Assembly (NCBI GenBank): GCA_043808785.1
Contig: JAZDEL010000004.1
Coordinates: 168,739-200,738, forward strand
Direction of reading: 5' to 3'
Length of the DNA stretch: 32,000 bases
Source: Candidatus Iainarchaeum sp.
Lineage (GTDB): Archaea; Iainarchaeota; Iainarchaeia; Iainarchaeales; JAZDEL01
In this document: positions 14,440-24,039 of the stretch, piece by piece
Layout of the letters: each line of letters starts with the position of its first letter
Position numbering within the stretch: the stretch's first letter is position 1
Position numbers and translations under genes: made by a program
The notes under the pieces: generated by a model
Told to the model about the DNA's origin: nothing
The model's input: the letters and a program-made list of their open reading frames with translations, nothing else
The model's database searches: none

Positions 14440-15903
14440 ATGGACGGCTGGCCCCTCATCGAAGCGTATTTCCGCAACAGGAATTTCTCGCAGATGGAGG
14501 TCGAATCTTACAACCAGTTCATAAACAGGAAACTCGACGATATTGTTAATGAGAACAAGGTAATCTCGCCGAAGATAGAGGAAGTAAGGATAGAGCTCGA
14601 TAAAATCAGCATTGAGAAGCCGCGCATAATCGAGGCCGACGGAAGCCCGCGGTATGATTTTTACCCCATGGAAGCGAGGATGAGAAACCGCACATACTCG
14701 GGGCCTATTTACCTCACAATGAAGCTGCTAAGGCGCGATGTGCAGCAGGATTTGAAGCGCGCTTACATAGGCGAAATGCCGGTGATGCTTAAGTCCAACC
14801 GCTGCTGGCTCGAGGGCAAGACAGGCGACGAACTTACCGCAATGGGCGAGGACCCGATGGATTTCGGGGGATATTTCATAATCAACGGCTCGGAAAAGGC
14901 ATTGATGACGCAGGAAGTGCTTGCCTCCGACCGCGTGCTCGTGAGCGAGCAGGCGCAGGAGAAAATGATTGCGGAAGTGATAAGCACAAAGGGCGCGTTC
15001 AAGGGAAGGGTAAGGATAATGCGCAACCCCGACGGCATGCTTTCGGTCACATTCCCGGCATCGCCGAGGAAATTGAGGCTTTTTGTTTTGCTCAAGGCGC
15101 TCGGGCTCAGCAGCCCGAGGCAGATGGAAGAGGCGTTCCCCGAGGAAATTGAAATCAAGAACGATGTCATGCTTAATATCGAGAACCTCGGCCTGAGGAG
15201 CGAGAAGGAAGCGCTTGATAAGATAGGAAAATTCGTTGCACCCGGGCAGGTCGAGGAATACAGGCTGCGCAGGGCGCAGGAAGTTATTGACGCGTTCCTG
15301 CTTCCGCACATAGGGCAGGAGCCCAAGGACAGGCTTGCGAAGGCGCACTATCTGGTTATGATGGCAACAAAGGTCATAGAGAGGGCATACAACCTGAGGG
15401 AAGACGACGATAAGGACCACTACAGCAACAAGCGCCTCGAGCTCAGCGGAAAGCTTATGGAGCACCTGTTCAGGTACTCGTTCAAGTATTTCATAAAGGA
15501 CATAAAGTTCCAGATTGACAGGACAGTAACAAGGAGAAGGAAACTGAACATAAGCACAATCGTGAGGCCGGGCGCGATTTCGGAAAGAATAAGGTTTGCG
15601 ATGAGCACGGGCAACTGGATAGGCAGGAGCACGGGCGTGAGCAAGTTCATGGACCGCGTGAATTACATAAGCCCCCTGACAGACCTGAGAAAGGTCAAGA
15701 GCCCGCTTGACAAGAACAGGGAATTGTACGAGGCAAGGGATGTGCACGGAACGCACTGGGGAAGGCTTGACCCGATAGAGACGCCGGACGGCCCGCAGTG
15801 CGGACTTGTGAAGAACCTCGCACTGCTTGCGGAGGTAACAACCGAGAGCGACGAGAAGGCTGTCGAGAAAGTGCTGGGCGAGATGGGAGTGAAGCTCAAA
15901 TAG
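14440..15903 (+). CDS. rpoB2: DNA-directed RNA polymerase subunit B'' (N-terminal half of Rpo2)
   Basis: 487 aa. GGYFIINGSEK, YSNKRLELSG, DLRKVKSPL...HGTHWGRLDPIETPDGPQCGLVKNLA. Confidence 0.95.
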   Translation: MDGWPLIEAYFRNRNFSQMEVESYNQFINRKLDDIVNENKVISPKIEEVRIELDKISIEKPRIIEADGSPRYDFYPMEARMRNRTYSGPIYLTMKLLRRDVQQDLKRAYIGEMPVMLKSNRCWLEGKTGDELTAMGEDPMDFGGYFIINGSEKALMTQEVLASDRVLVSEQAQEKMIAEVISTKGAFKGRVRIMRNPDGMLSVTFPASPRKLRLFVLLKALGLSSPRQMEEAFPEEIEIKNDVMLNIENLGLRSEKEALDKIGKFVAPGQVEEYRLRRAQEVIDAFLLPHIGQEPKDRLAKAHYLVMMATKVIERAYNLREDDDKDHYSNKRLELSGKLMEHLFRYSFKYFIKDIKFQIDRTVTRRRKLNISTIVRPGAISERIRFAMSTGNWIGRSTGVSKFMDRVNYISPLTDLRKVKSPLDKNRELYEARDVHGTHWGRLDPIETPDGPQCGLVKNLALLAEVTTESDEKAVEKVLGEMGVKLK

Positions 15904-16011
15904 AAAAACGAAAAATAAGGCAAAAAAAAAAAAACGAAACCGAAAAAACAAAACAAAAAATAAACCCGAAAAAACCAAAAAACGAAACCGAAATTTGCAT
16001 GGTTGTTTTTT
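15904..16011 (+). other. 108-nt A-rich spacer between the rpoB halves
   Basis: A13 run. CGAAACCGAAA at 15935-15945 and 15983-15993. GAAAAAACAAAACAAAAAA (15942-15960) is identical to 7383-7401. No T runs on the sense strand. Confidence 0.8.
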
Positions 16012-17826
16012 ATGTCCGAGAAAGGGAAAGTTTACATCAACGGAAGGCTTATAGGCTTCCACATGAACGCGGAGAAGCTGACCGCGGACCTGATAAAAAA
16101 GAGGCGCGACGGCAAGATAGGCGCAAGGGTGAATATCGCTTTCCATAAGGACACCAACGAGGTTTACGTAAACACGGATGCGGGAAGGGTGCAGAGGCCC
16201 CTGCTTGTTGTGGAGAACGGAAAACTCAGGCTCACGGAGGAGCACATTAAGCAGATCAAAGAGGAAAAGATGACCTGGCAGGACCTTGTGGAGAAGGGGA
16301 TAGTGGAATACCTTGATGCCGAGGAAGAGGAGAACACTTTCATTGCAACGGAGAAGGGCGAAGTCACGGCAAAGCACACTCACCTTGAAATAGACCCTGC
16401 GGGAATACTCGGGATAATAAGTTCAATGATTCCATACCTCGAGTACGACCTTGCGGGAAAGGCGCTGCACGGGGCAAAGATGTTCAAGCAGGCGCAGGGA
16501 ATCCAGGGAACGAACTACAACCTTCGCACCGACACGGAGGGTTATTTGCTTTACTACCCGCAGAAATCGTTGACAAAAACGCGCACAATGGACCTTATGC
16601 GTATGAGCGAAAGGCCGCACGTGCAGAACCTTGTTGTTGCGATTATGCCCTGCCGCGGGTTCAACATCCTTGATGCGGTTGTGCTGAACAAGGGCGCAGT
16701 GGACCGCGGAATGGGAAGGAGCGCATATTTCAGGACATACGAGTGCAACGAGGAACGTTATCCCGGAGGGCAGGTTGACAGGTTTGAAATACCCACAGAG
16801 GAAACCACGGGCCACCTCGGAGAGGAGGCATACAAAAAGCTGGGTGCTGACGGGCTTGTGCAGATTGAAAGTTATGTCGGGGAGAAGGATGTAATTGTGG
16901 GCAGGACATCCCCTCCGAGGTTTTTGGAGGAGATAAGCGAGTTCGGGGTTGTGAAGGAGAAGAGGCGCGAGAGCTCGCTCACAATAAGGAAGGGCAAGGA
17001 AGGTTACGTGGATAGGGTGATAGTTACAGAGGCGGAGTCGGGGAACAAGCTTGTGAAGCTCAAGGTAAGGAGCGAAATGATTCCGCTTGTGGGGGATAAA
17101 TTCAGCTCGAAGCACGGGCAGAAGGGGGTTATAGGCGCAATAATTCCCGAGGAAGATATGCCTTTCACTGCGGAGGGCATAAAGCCGGACCTTATACTTA
17201 ACCCGCACTCCATACCGAGCAGGATGACAATCGGGCACCTTATTGAGATGCTCGGCGGAAAGGCCGCCGCAATGCGCGGCGAGGAAATTGACGGAACGCC
17301 TTTCAATGAAATGAAGGTCCCTGAAATCAGGAAAATCCTCGGCAGTTACGGGCTGAGGAGCGACGGGAAGGAAGCGTTCTACGACGGAACAACAGGGGAA
17401 AGGGTGAGGGGGGAAATTTTCACGGGAATAGTTGCGTACAGGAGATTGTTCCACATGGTCAGGCACAAGATGCAGGCAAGGGCGAAAGGCCCCGTGCAGA
17501 TACTGACAAGGCAGCCGACTGAGGGGAAGGAAAAGGAAGGGGGCCTGAGGTTCGGGGAAATGGAGGGAGAAACGCTTGTGGGGCACGGTGCCGCAATGCT
17601 GCTGCAGGAAAAGTTCATAGAGGACTCGGACAAGGTTATTGAATTGGTTTGTGAGAAGTGCGGCGTAATTGCGGTGAACGACCAGATAAGGAACAGGAGA
17701 TACTGCCCTATTTGCACCGGAAGCAAGGTTTACCCCGTGGAGATGGCTTACGGATTCAAGCTGCTGCTTGAGGAATTGAAGGCGCTCGGGATTTATCCGA
17801 AACTGAACATTGGGGACAAGGTGTGA
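16012..17826 (+). CDS. rpoB1: DNA-directed RNA polymerase subunit B' (C-terminal half of Rpo2)
   Basis: GDKFSSKHGQKGV, PDLILNPHSIPSRMTIGHL, RFGEMEGETLVGHGAA, C-terminal Zn motif CEKCG...CPICTG. ATG 16012 is preferred over TTG 16003. Confidence 0.95.
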   Translation: MSEKGKVYINGRLIGFHMNAEKLTADLIKKRRDGKIGARVNIAFHKDTNEVYVNTDAGRVQRPLLVVENGKLRLTEEHIKQIKEEKMTWQDLVEKGIVEYLDAEEEENTFIATEKGEVTAKHTHLEIDPAGILGIISSMIPYLEYDLAGKALHGAKMFKQAQGIQGTNYNLRTDTEGYLLYYPQKSLTKTRTMDLMRMSERPHVQNLVVAIMPCRGFNILDAVVLNKGAVDRGMGRSAYFRTYECNEERYPGGQVDRFEIPTEETTGHLGEEAYKKLGADGLVQIESYVGEKDVIVGRTSPPRFLEEISEFGVVKEKRRESSLTIRKGKEGYVDRVIVTEAESGNKLVKLKVRSEMIPLVGDKFSSKHGQKGVIGAIIPEEDMPFTAEGIKPDLILNPHSIPSRMTIGHLIEMLGGKAAAMRGEEIDGTPFNEMKVPEIRKILGSYGLRSDGKEAFYDGTTGERVRGEIFTGIVAYRRLFHMVRHKMQARAKGPVQILTRQPTEGKEKEGGLRFGEMEGETLVGHGAAMLLQEKFIEDSDKVIELVCEKCGVIAVNDQIRNRRYCPICTGSKVYPVEMAYGFKLLLEELKALGIYPKLNIGDKV

Positions 17827-17851
17827 GTATGAATATGGCAGGCATATTTAT

Positions 17852-17870
17852 GGGGGTTCGCAGAACCCCC
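17852..17870. repeat. perfect 8-bp hairpin GGGGGTTC-gca-GAACCCCC
   Basis: Read directly from the sequence. Lies in the rpoB'-rpoA' spacer and contains GCAGAACC (the reverse complement of the GGTTCTGC seen at 13737 and 13761). Confidence 0.75.
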
Positions 17871-17903
17871 GACGTATTTCGGCACGCCCGGACGAAAACG
17901 GGC

Positions 17904-17953
17904 CTGAATATCGGAGATAAGGTGTGAACCACGGGATGATGAAAATGAACCAA
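17904..17953 (+). other. relic copy of an rpoB'-end / rpoA'-start junction
   Basis: ctgaatatcggagataaggtgtga encodes LNIGDKV-stop, like the live rpoB' end (17803-17826), with 4 silent changes. Eight nt later, ATGATGAAAATGAACCAA resembles the live rpoA' start ATGCTGATGAAAAGAATCCAG. Confidence 0.5.
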
Positions 17954-17991
17954 GGCGGAACCGCGTTTGTAGGGGTTTGGGGGATTAAGGC

Positions 17992-20598
17992 ATGCTGATG
18001 AAAAGAATCCAGTCGGTCGAGTTCCACGTGCTCAGCCCCGCGCAGATAAGGAAGATGTCCGCGCTGGAAGTGAAGAGCCCGGAGACTTACGATAAAGACG
18101 GCTACCCTATGGAAGCTGGGCTTATGGACCCGCATCTCGGGGTGATAAACCCCGGCTTAAGGTGCAAGACCTGCGGGCAGAGGATGAAGCAGTGCCCGGG
18201 GCACTTCGGGCACCTTGAAATGATAAGGCCTGTCGTTCACTCCGAATTCAGCAAGAAGGTCGAGCAATTGCTTGTCTCGACATGCAAGGACTGCGGAAGG
18301 ATTGCGCTGCCGCAGGAGAAGCTTGAGGAACTTGCGAAAATAATGAAGGAGCGCGGCGAGGAAGTTTCAAAGAAGGTAATCGCGAAAACAAAGGCCGTTC
18401 CCAAATGCCCGCACTGCAGTGCCGCAAGGGGAAAGGTAATGCTTGACAAGCCGACGAACTTTTATTATGAAAAGGAAAGGCTTTACCCTACGCAGATAAG
18501 GGAGTGGCTTGAGAAGATAACGCCCGAGGACACGAAACTTTTCGGGTATGACGGGGAGAGGCTGAAGCCCGAATGGTTTGTAATGACCGTGCTGCAGGTT
18601 CCGCCCATAACAATAAGGCCTAGCATAACGCTTGACACAGGCATAAGGTCCGAGGATGATTTGACGCACAAGCTTGTGGACATAATCAGGATAAACCTCA
18701 GGCTCAAGGACAATATTGACGCGGGTGCGCCGCAGCTTATAATCGAAGACCTCTGGGATTTGCTGCAATACCACGTTACCACTTATTACAACAACAACAC
18801 GGCGGGCGTTCCTCCCGCGAAGCACAGGTCCGGCAGGGCTCTGCGCACGCTTGTGCAGAGGCTGCAGGGAAAGAAGGGGAGATTCAGGTATAACCTGACG
18901 GGGAAACGCGTGAACTTTGCTGCGCGCTCCATAATAAGCCCGGATGCGCACCTTGCGATAAACGAATTGGGCGTTCCGCAGGACGTTGCGGACGAACTTA
19001 CAGTGCCGGAGTTTGTGACGAAATACAACATAAAGGAAATGAAGGCCGCCATAAAGGACGGGAAGGCGATTTATGTTTCGCGCCCGGACGGGATGAAAAA
19101 GAAAATAACCCCGCTGAACATGGAGGAAGTCGAGAAGGACCTTGGGGAGGGCTTCAAGGTGGAGAGGAAACTCGCGAACGGCGATATCGTGATTTTCAAC
19201 AGGCAGCCCTCGCTGCACAGGCTGAGCATGCTTGCCCACCGCGCAAGGATAACGCCCGACAAGACATTCAAATTGAACCCCATAGTGTGCAAGCCCTACA
19301 ACGCGGACTTCGACGGGGATGAAATGAACATGCACGTGCCGCAGACGGAAGAGGGAATTACGGAAGCGCGCGAACTGATGAGTGTCGAAAACCAGATAAT
19401 AAGCCCGAGGTACGGCGCGCCGGTGATAATACTTGACGAGGACGGAATAAGCGGCTGCTACATACTCACATTGAAGAGCACGAAGTTCAACAGGGAGACC
19501 GCGATGCGCTATATGCAGATTGCCGGCGTTACGGAAATGCCCAAGCCGGATATGGGCAAGGAATATTCGGGGAAACTCATATTTTCGCAATTGCTGCCGA
19601 AGGCGCTGAACCTCGAGTATAAAACAAAGACATGCAGGCTGCTGCAGCGCAGCGAGGAGTGCGCGAAATGCACGAAGGAAAAATGCCCGCACGACGCGTA
19701 CGTGAAAATCGTTAACGGAAAGCTTGTGAGCGGGGTTATTGACGAGGTTTCCGTCGGGGAAGGGAAAGGCAGGATTATCGACGAGCTTGCGAGGAATTAC
19801 CCCGCGCACGTTACTGCGGACTTCTACTTAAGGGCATCAAAGATTGTCGAGGACCTGGTTACGCTTGTCGGAATGACGATAAGCCTTGACGAATTCGAAA
19901 CCTCGGGAGATGTGGCAAAGGTCAAGGAAAAGGCCATAAGGGAGGAGATAGAGAAGAGTAAGGAACTCCTTGAGAAGTTCCATAAGAAGACGCTGGACCA
20001 CATACCGGGCAGGACGCTTGGGGAAAGTTTTGAGATAAGGATGATGCAATTGGGCGCGCAGATAAAGGAAAAGGTGGAGAGGGCAATCCTCAAGGAAAAG
20101 GTTGCGCAGGTGCTCGGCGACAACCCTAGGTTCAACAGCACTGTGATGATACTCAGCGGGTCGAGGGGAAGCGTTGTTAACCTCACGAATATTTCAGGGC
20201 TCTGGGGCCAGGCTGCGGTAAGGGAAGGAAGGCCGAAGCGCGGGTTCAGGGAGAGGCTGATAACGCTTAACGAGAAAGGGGATGTGGGGGTACGCGCGGG
20301 CGGGTTCATCGAACATAACTTCCTCGAAGGAATGAACAGTTACGAGTATTTCTACCACGCAATGGGCGGAAGGCAGGGGGAAGTGGACACGGGCGTGAGC
20401 ACGAAAGTTTCGGGTTACCTCTACAGGCGCCTTGCTAACTCGCTCAAGGACCTTGTTGTCAGCAACGACGGCACTGTGAGGAACGCGAACAAAAACATAA
20501 TCCAGTGCGCCTATGGTGAAGATGGGGTTTTCCCGCAGAAATCCTTCAGGGGAAAGACCGTGAGGATGAATGATGAAATAGCTGCGGCGGTTAATTGA
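17992..20598 (+). CDS. rpoA1: DNA-directed RNA polymerase subunit A' (Rpo1N)
   Basis: Zn motif CKTCGQRMKQCPGHFGH, RFRYNLTGKRVNFAARSIISPD, catalytic NADFDGDEMNMH. Confidence 0.95.
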   Translation: MLMKRIQSVEFHVLSPAQIRKMSALEVKSPETYDKDGYPMEAGLMDPHLGVINPGLRCKTCGQRMKQCPGHFGHLEMIRPVVHSEFSKKVEQLLVSTCKDCGRIALPQEKLEELAKIMKERGEEVSKKVIAKTKAVPKCPHCSAARGKVMLDKPTNFYYEKERLYPTQIREWLEKITPEDTKLFGYDGERLKPEWFVMTVLQVPPITIRPSITLDTGIRSEDDLTHKLVDIIRINLRLKDNIDAGAPQLIIEDLWDLLQYHVTTYYNNNTAGVPPAKHRSGRALRTLVQRLQGKKGRFRYNLTGKRVNFAARSIISPDAHLAINELGVPQDVADELTVPEFVTKYNIKEMKAAIKDGKAIYVSRPDGMKKKITPLNMEEVEKDLGEGFKVERKLANGDIVIFNRQPSLHRLSMLAHRARITPDKTFKLNPIVCKPYNADFDGDEMNMHVPQTEEGITEARELMSVENQIISPRYGAPVIILDEDGISGCYILTLKSTKFNRETAMRYMQIAGVTEMPKPDMGKEYSGKLIFSQLLPKALNLEYKTKTCRLLQRSEECAKCTKEKCPHDAYVKIVNGKLVSGVIDEVSVGEGKGRIIDELARNYPAHVTADFYLRASKIVEDLVTLVGMTISLDEFETSGDVAKVKEKAIREEIEKSKELLEKFHKKTLDHIPGRTLGESFEIRMMQLGAQIKEKVERAILKEKVAQVLGDNPRFNSTVMILSGSRGSVVNLTNISGLWGQAAVREGRPKRGFRERLITLNEKGDVGVRAGGFIEHNFLEGMNSYEYFYHAMGGRQGEVDTGVSTKVSGYLYRRLANSLKDLVVSNDGTVRNANKNIIQCAYGEDGVFPQKSFRGKTVRMNDEIAAAVN

Positions 20599-20686
20599 GG
20601 CGGGGAAAAAGGAAATGGCGAGGCAAGGGGCTGAAAAAAGGGCACGGTGAAAAGGAAGCGGGAGAAAAAAATTCAACGGTGTTTTT

Positions 20687-21976
20687 ATGGCGGATAAAAA
20701 GAAAATAAAGCAAAGGGGAAAGCACGCCGGCGGGGCGAAAGCCAAGGCTGCAAAGCGCACAGGGGCAGGGAAACCCGCAAAGCGGGGGAAGGCGGGGGCG
20801 GTGAAGAAGCCTTCGGCACGCGCAAAGGCAAAGGATGGAAAGAGGGTTTATGCGGAAACGGTTATTGAAGAGTTTGATTTGCCTCCCTCGCTTGTTGCGG
20901 AGTTCGAGGCGGCGGCAAAGGAAGCGAAGCTCACTGAGAAGGGGAAGAAGGGGATACTAGAGCGGCTGAAGCTGAAGTACGAATTTGCAAAGGTCGAGCC
21001 GGGCGAGGCAGTCGGGATTATCGCTGCACAGAGCCTCGGGGAACCCGGGACACAATTAACCCTCAGAACAAAGCACTATGCGGGCGCGGCGGAAGTTTCC
21101 GTTGGTTCGGGAATACAAAGAGTTGAGGAGATTGTTGATGGAAGAAGCAGGGCGAAATACCCTACAATGACTATTTACCTTGCAAAGGACGAACTCAGGA
21201 AGAATTTCGACAAGGCTGACGCGTTCGCGAAATCGCTGCTTGACGTGAGGGTCGGGGATGTTGTAAAAATAAAGGAAGATTTCGAGAAGAACAAGTTCAG
21301 CATAGAGGTTGTGAGGGAGAAGTGCAGGGAGAGGAATATAGGCGCCGAGGGGCTTGCGAAAAAGATAGAGAGGTACATGAAACTTAAGGGCAGCAGGAGA
21401 GAAGGGGTACTTGAATTCAGGTTCAGGAACGACCCCCTGCTGAGGATAAGGAGGATGCTCAATAAGCTGCGCAGTACGCGCGTGCAGGGCGTCAGGGGAA
21501 TCGAGAAAACGATTGTAATTAAGGAGAGGAACGAGCACGTGATAAAGACCTCGGGCACAAACCTCAAGGCAGTGCTGAAGATGGACGAGGTTGACGGGAC
21601 GCGCACGACAACGAACGACATAAAGGAGATAAGCAAGGTTTTGGGAATAGAGGCGGGAAGGATTTCTATAATACAGGAACTTGCGAAGGTGCTCAAGGAC
21701 AACAATATCTCGGTGGACATAAGGCACATAATGCTGCTTGCTGATTTGATGAGCCAGGACGGCGAGATAAGGGGGATTGTGCGCACGGGAATAACGCGCG
21801 GGAAATCCTCGCCTTTCGCAAGGGCGGCGTTCGAGGAAACGGTGAAGCATTTGCTGGACGCGGCATTCAGGGGCGAGAGGGAGAACCTTTCGGGTGTTGT
21901 GGAGAATATAATTGTGGGCCAGCCTATAAAGGTGGGCACTGGAACCGTAGAGCTTGTAATGAAGCCGAACAAATGA
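20687..21976 (+). CDS. rpoA2: DNA-directed RNA polymerase subunit A'' (Rpo1C) with K/A-rich N-terminal extension
   Basis: [23 protein letters not shown], and C-terminal GI..TG....S..ARAAFEET...[22 protein letters not shown] 5 nt upstream of the ATG. The first roughly 55 aa are a Lys/Ala/Gly-rich basic tail. Confidence 0.9.
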   Translation: MADKKKIKQRGKHAGGAKAKAAKRTGAGKPAKRGKAGAVKKPSARAKAKDGKRVYAETVIEEFDLPPSLVAEFEAAAKEAKLTEKGKKGILERLKLKYEFAKVEPGEAVGIIAAQSLGEPGTQLTLRTKHYAGAAEVSVGSGIQRVEEIVDGRSRAKYPTMTIYLAKDELRKNFDKADAFAKSLLDVRVGDVVKIKEDFEKNKFSIEVVREKCRERNIGAEGLAKKIERYMKLKGSRREGVLEFRFRNDPLLRIRRMLNKLRSTRVQGVRGIEKTIVIKERNEHVIKTSGTNLKAVLKMDEVDGTRTTTNDIKEISKVLGIEAGRISIIQELAKVLKDNNISVDIRHIMLLADLMSQDGEIRGIVRTGITRGKSSPFARAAFEETVKHLLDAAFRGERENLSGVVENIIVGQPIKVGTGTVELVMKPNK

Positions 21977-22003
21977 AAAAAGGCACGGGCAAGGGTGGTT
22001 TGG

Positions 22004-22378
22004 ATGGCTGCAAAGGCAAAGAAAAAAAGCACTGCAAAAAGCAGGGCAAGGGGAAAGGCCGTGAAGGGCGCCCCTGCTGTTGATGCGAACCGCGAAATAA
22101 GGCGCGCTGTGGACACGGGAAAGGTTCTCTTCGGGCAGAGGGAGTGCGAGAAAAGCATTTTAAAAGGAGAGGGACAGCTAGTAATTATCGGGAGCAACAC
22201 CCCCGCAAATGCCAGGGGCAAGCTTGAATTGCAGGCAAATGTTTCCGCAATTCCCGTTCACGGGTTTTCGGGAACAGCCGCGGAACTCGGCGCTGTCTGC
22301 GGAAAGCCTTTCGTTGTTTCGGTGATGTTAATTAAGGATGCGGGAAGGAGCAAGGTTCTCGGCCTGGGAAAGAATTGA
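22004..22378 (+). CDS. rpl30e: 50S ribosomal protein L30e with basic N-terminal extension
   Basis: IRRAVDTGKVLFG......SI..G...LVII..N.P..........A..S.IPV..F.G...ELG..CGKPF.VSV. GGGTGG SD before ATG 22004. Confidence 0.85.
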   Translation: MAAKAKKKSTAKSRARGKAVKGAPAVDANREIRRAVDTGKVLFGQRECEKSILKGEGQLVIIGSNTPANARGKLELQANVSAIPVHGFSGTAAELGAVCGKPFVVSVMLIKDAGRSKVLGLGKN

Positions 22379-22440
22379 ATGCGTGCAACTTGCTTTGGTT
22401 CAGCGGACTTGTATCGGCATTTCAGCGGCACGGTGGAATA

Positions 22441-22875
22441 ATGAAACTAGGAAGGCAGGAGATAATGTACATGAACACGCTTGAGGCGTTGACCGGGGTT
22501 TGCGCAAGGGGCTGTGTGGTCACGCCCGACGGGATTATTTTCACTGTGAAGGGCGAGGATATGAAGTTTGCAATAGGGAAGGACGGGAAGAACATACGCA
22601 AGGTAAAGGGCAAGTTGGGCAGGAATGTGGAGGTTTTCGAGTATTCCGCGGACCCCAAGGAGTTCGTTGCAAAGGCGCTGAAGGGAATTAAGATGGGCAA
22701 TATGGAACTCGGCGGCGACACAGGGAAGAGGTCGCTTAACCTGAAGATGGATATCGAGAACGTGAGGAAAGCAATGCGCAATTCCGCAAGGCTCAGGAGC
22801 ATGAGGGAAATTGCGAAAGAGGGCTACGGAATAGAGACCGTGAGGCTTTCCGCGGGGGCCGATACTTATGGGTAG
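22441..22875 (+). CDS. nusA: archaeal NusA-like KH-domain protein
   Basis: About 144 aa. KH GxxG motif ([24 protein letters not shown]). Conserved position between rpl30e and rps12. SD GGTGG before the ATG. Confidence 0.8.
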   Translation: MKLGRQEIMYMNTLEALTGVCARGCVVTPDGIIFTVKGEDMKFAIGKDGKNIRKVKGKLGRNVEVFEYSADPKEFVAKALKGIKMGNMELGGDTGKRSLNLKMDIENVRKAMRNSARLRSMREIAKEGYGIETVRLSAGADTYG

Positions 22876-23296
22876 CGGGGAATTTGCTGCGAGTTCGCTC
22901 AGGAAGAAGAGGAAGAAGTGGAGATGGAAAGACCCGCGCTATAAAAGCAGGATGCACGGGAAAAGGGAGAAGTACGATTTGCTTGAAGGGTCGCCGCAGG
23001 CGCGCGGAATTGTGATAGAGAAGCGCGGGGTGACGGCAAAACAGCCGAACTCGGGCATCAGGAAATGCGTGCGCGTGCAGCTGATAAAAAGCGGGAGGCA
23101 GTTGACCGCGCTTGCGCCTTACGACGGGGCGATTAAGTTCATAGACGAGCACGACGAGGTTACCGTGGAGGGCATCGGCGGGGCGAAGCACGGCCCGAAA
23201 GGCGACCTTTGGGGAGTGAAATACAGGGTCACGCACGTGAACGGCCAGTGCCTTGAGATGCTCAGGACGGGGAGGAAGGAGAAGGTTAAAAGGTAA
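22868..23296 (+). CDS. rps12: 30S ribosomal protein S12 (uS12)
   Basis: [18 protein letters not shown]...TA..P.DG...[14 protein letters not shown]. Confidence 0.95.
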   Translation: MGSGEFAASSLRKKRKKWRWKDPRYKSRMHGKREKYDLLEGSPQARGIVIEKRGVTAKQPNSGIRKCVRVQLIKSGRQLTALAPYDGAIKFIDEHDEVTVEGIGGAKHGPKGDLWGVKYRVTHVNGQCLEMLRTGRKEKVKR

Positions 23297-23368
23297 GTGA
23301 ATGTCCAACCTGCGGCAACCCTGCAAAAAATGCGGAAAACCGCGTTGGTTTTTTTGGATGTGGGTTTT

Positions 23369-23968
23369 ATGAAAGTTTTCGGGAAATGGGACGTTGAAAC
23401 GGTAAAGGTTAACGACACAAGCCTGGCAAACCACATGAGCCTCGAGGCGAGGAAGATCCCGCATACCTTCGGCAAGAAGGGCAGGGGCGTTGCTGAGAAG
23501 GGGCAGGTGAACGTGATAGAGAGGCTTGTGAACAAGGTAATGCGCTCGGGGCAGGGAAAAAGGAAGCTCAGCGGGAAATACATCCGCGGCAGGGGCTCGT
23601 GCGGAAAGAAACTGCAGGCAATGAGGATTGTGGAGGGCGCGTTCACGATTATAGAGCGCGAAATGAAGGAGAACCCTATTCAGATACTTGTAAAGGCGAT
23701 AGAGAACTCCGGTCCGAGGGAGGATATAACGCGCATAAAGAGGGGCGGTATTTCATACACGGTTTCCGTCGATGTCGCGCCGATAAAGCGCGTCGACGAA
23801 TCATTGAAGAACCTCGCGCTTTCCGCGTTTTCATCCTCGTTCAACAGGAAAGTGAGCGCGGAGGAGGCGCTTGCGAAGGAGATAATGCTCGCGGCAAAGG
23901 AGGACAATTCCTCGTTCTCCATAAAGAGGCGGGATGAGGTCGAGAGGATAGCGAAGAGCTCGAGGTAA
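23369..23968 (+). CDS. rps7: 30S ribosomal protein S7 (uS7)
   Basis: MKVFGKWD..........L......E....PHTFGK...; NPIQILVKAIENSGPRED; RRDEVERIAKSSR. ATG 23369 is preferred over the track start 23297. Confidence 0.9.
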   Translation: MKVFGKWDVETVKVNDTSLANHMSLEARKIPHTFGKKGRGVAEKGQVNVIERLVNKVMRSGQGKRKLSGKYIRGRGSCGKKLQAMRIVEGAFTIIEREMKENPIQILVKAIENSGPREDITRIKRGGISYTVSVDVAPIKRVDESLKNLALSAFSSSFNRKVSAEEALAKEIMLAAKEDNSSFSIKRRDEVERIAKSSR

Positions 23969-24039
23969 TTCGTGCTTCGGGGTTTTGGAACCCTGCACGA
24001 ACCGTGCGAACCGCGATTTGTTTTTTTTGGTGGTTTTTT
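23969..24039 (+). terminator. nested hairpin followed by T runs between rps7 and aEF-2
   Basis: TTCGTGC-ttcg-GGGTT-ttgg-AACCC-t-GCACGAA (23969-24001), then TTTGTTTTTTTTGGTGGTTTTTT directly before the ATG. Confidence 0.45.

Noticed and set aside
14728-16383. Long antisense ORFs opposite the rpo, EF and other genes (e.g. 14728-16383, 16423-17586, 18367-19809, 21175-22221, 25525-26988 and 29274-30317, all - strand).
   Set aside because: They overlap strongly supported conserved genes on the + strand and have low-complexity R/P/L/H-rich translations with no motifs. They are typical shadow ORFs in moderately GC-rich coding DNA.
14440-17826. rpoB split interpreted as a frameshift or pseudogene.
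   Set aside because: Both halves are intact, and the break lies between the conserved B'' and B' portions, as in many archaea with a naturally split rpoB. Only the spacer length is unusual.
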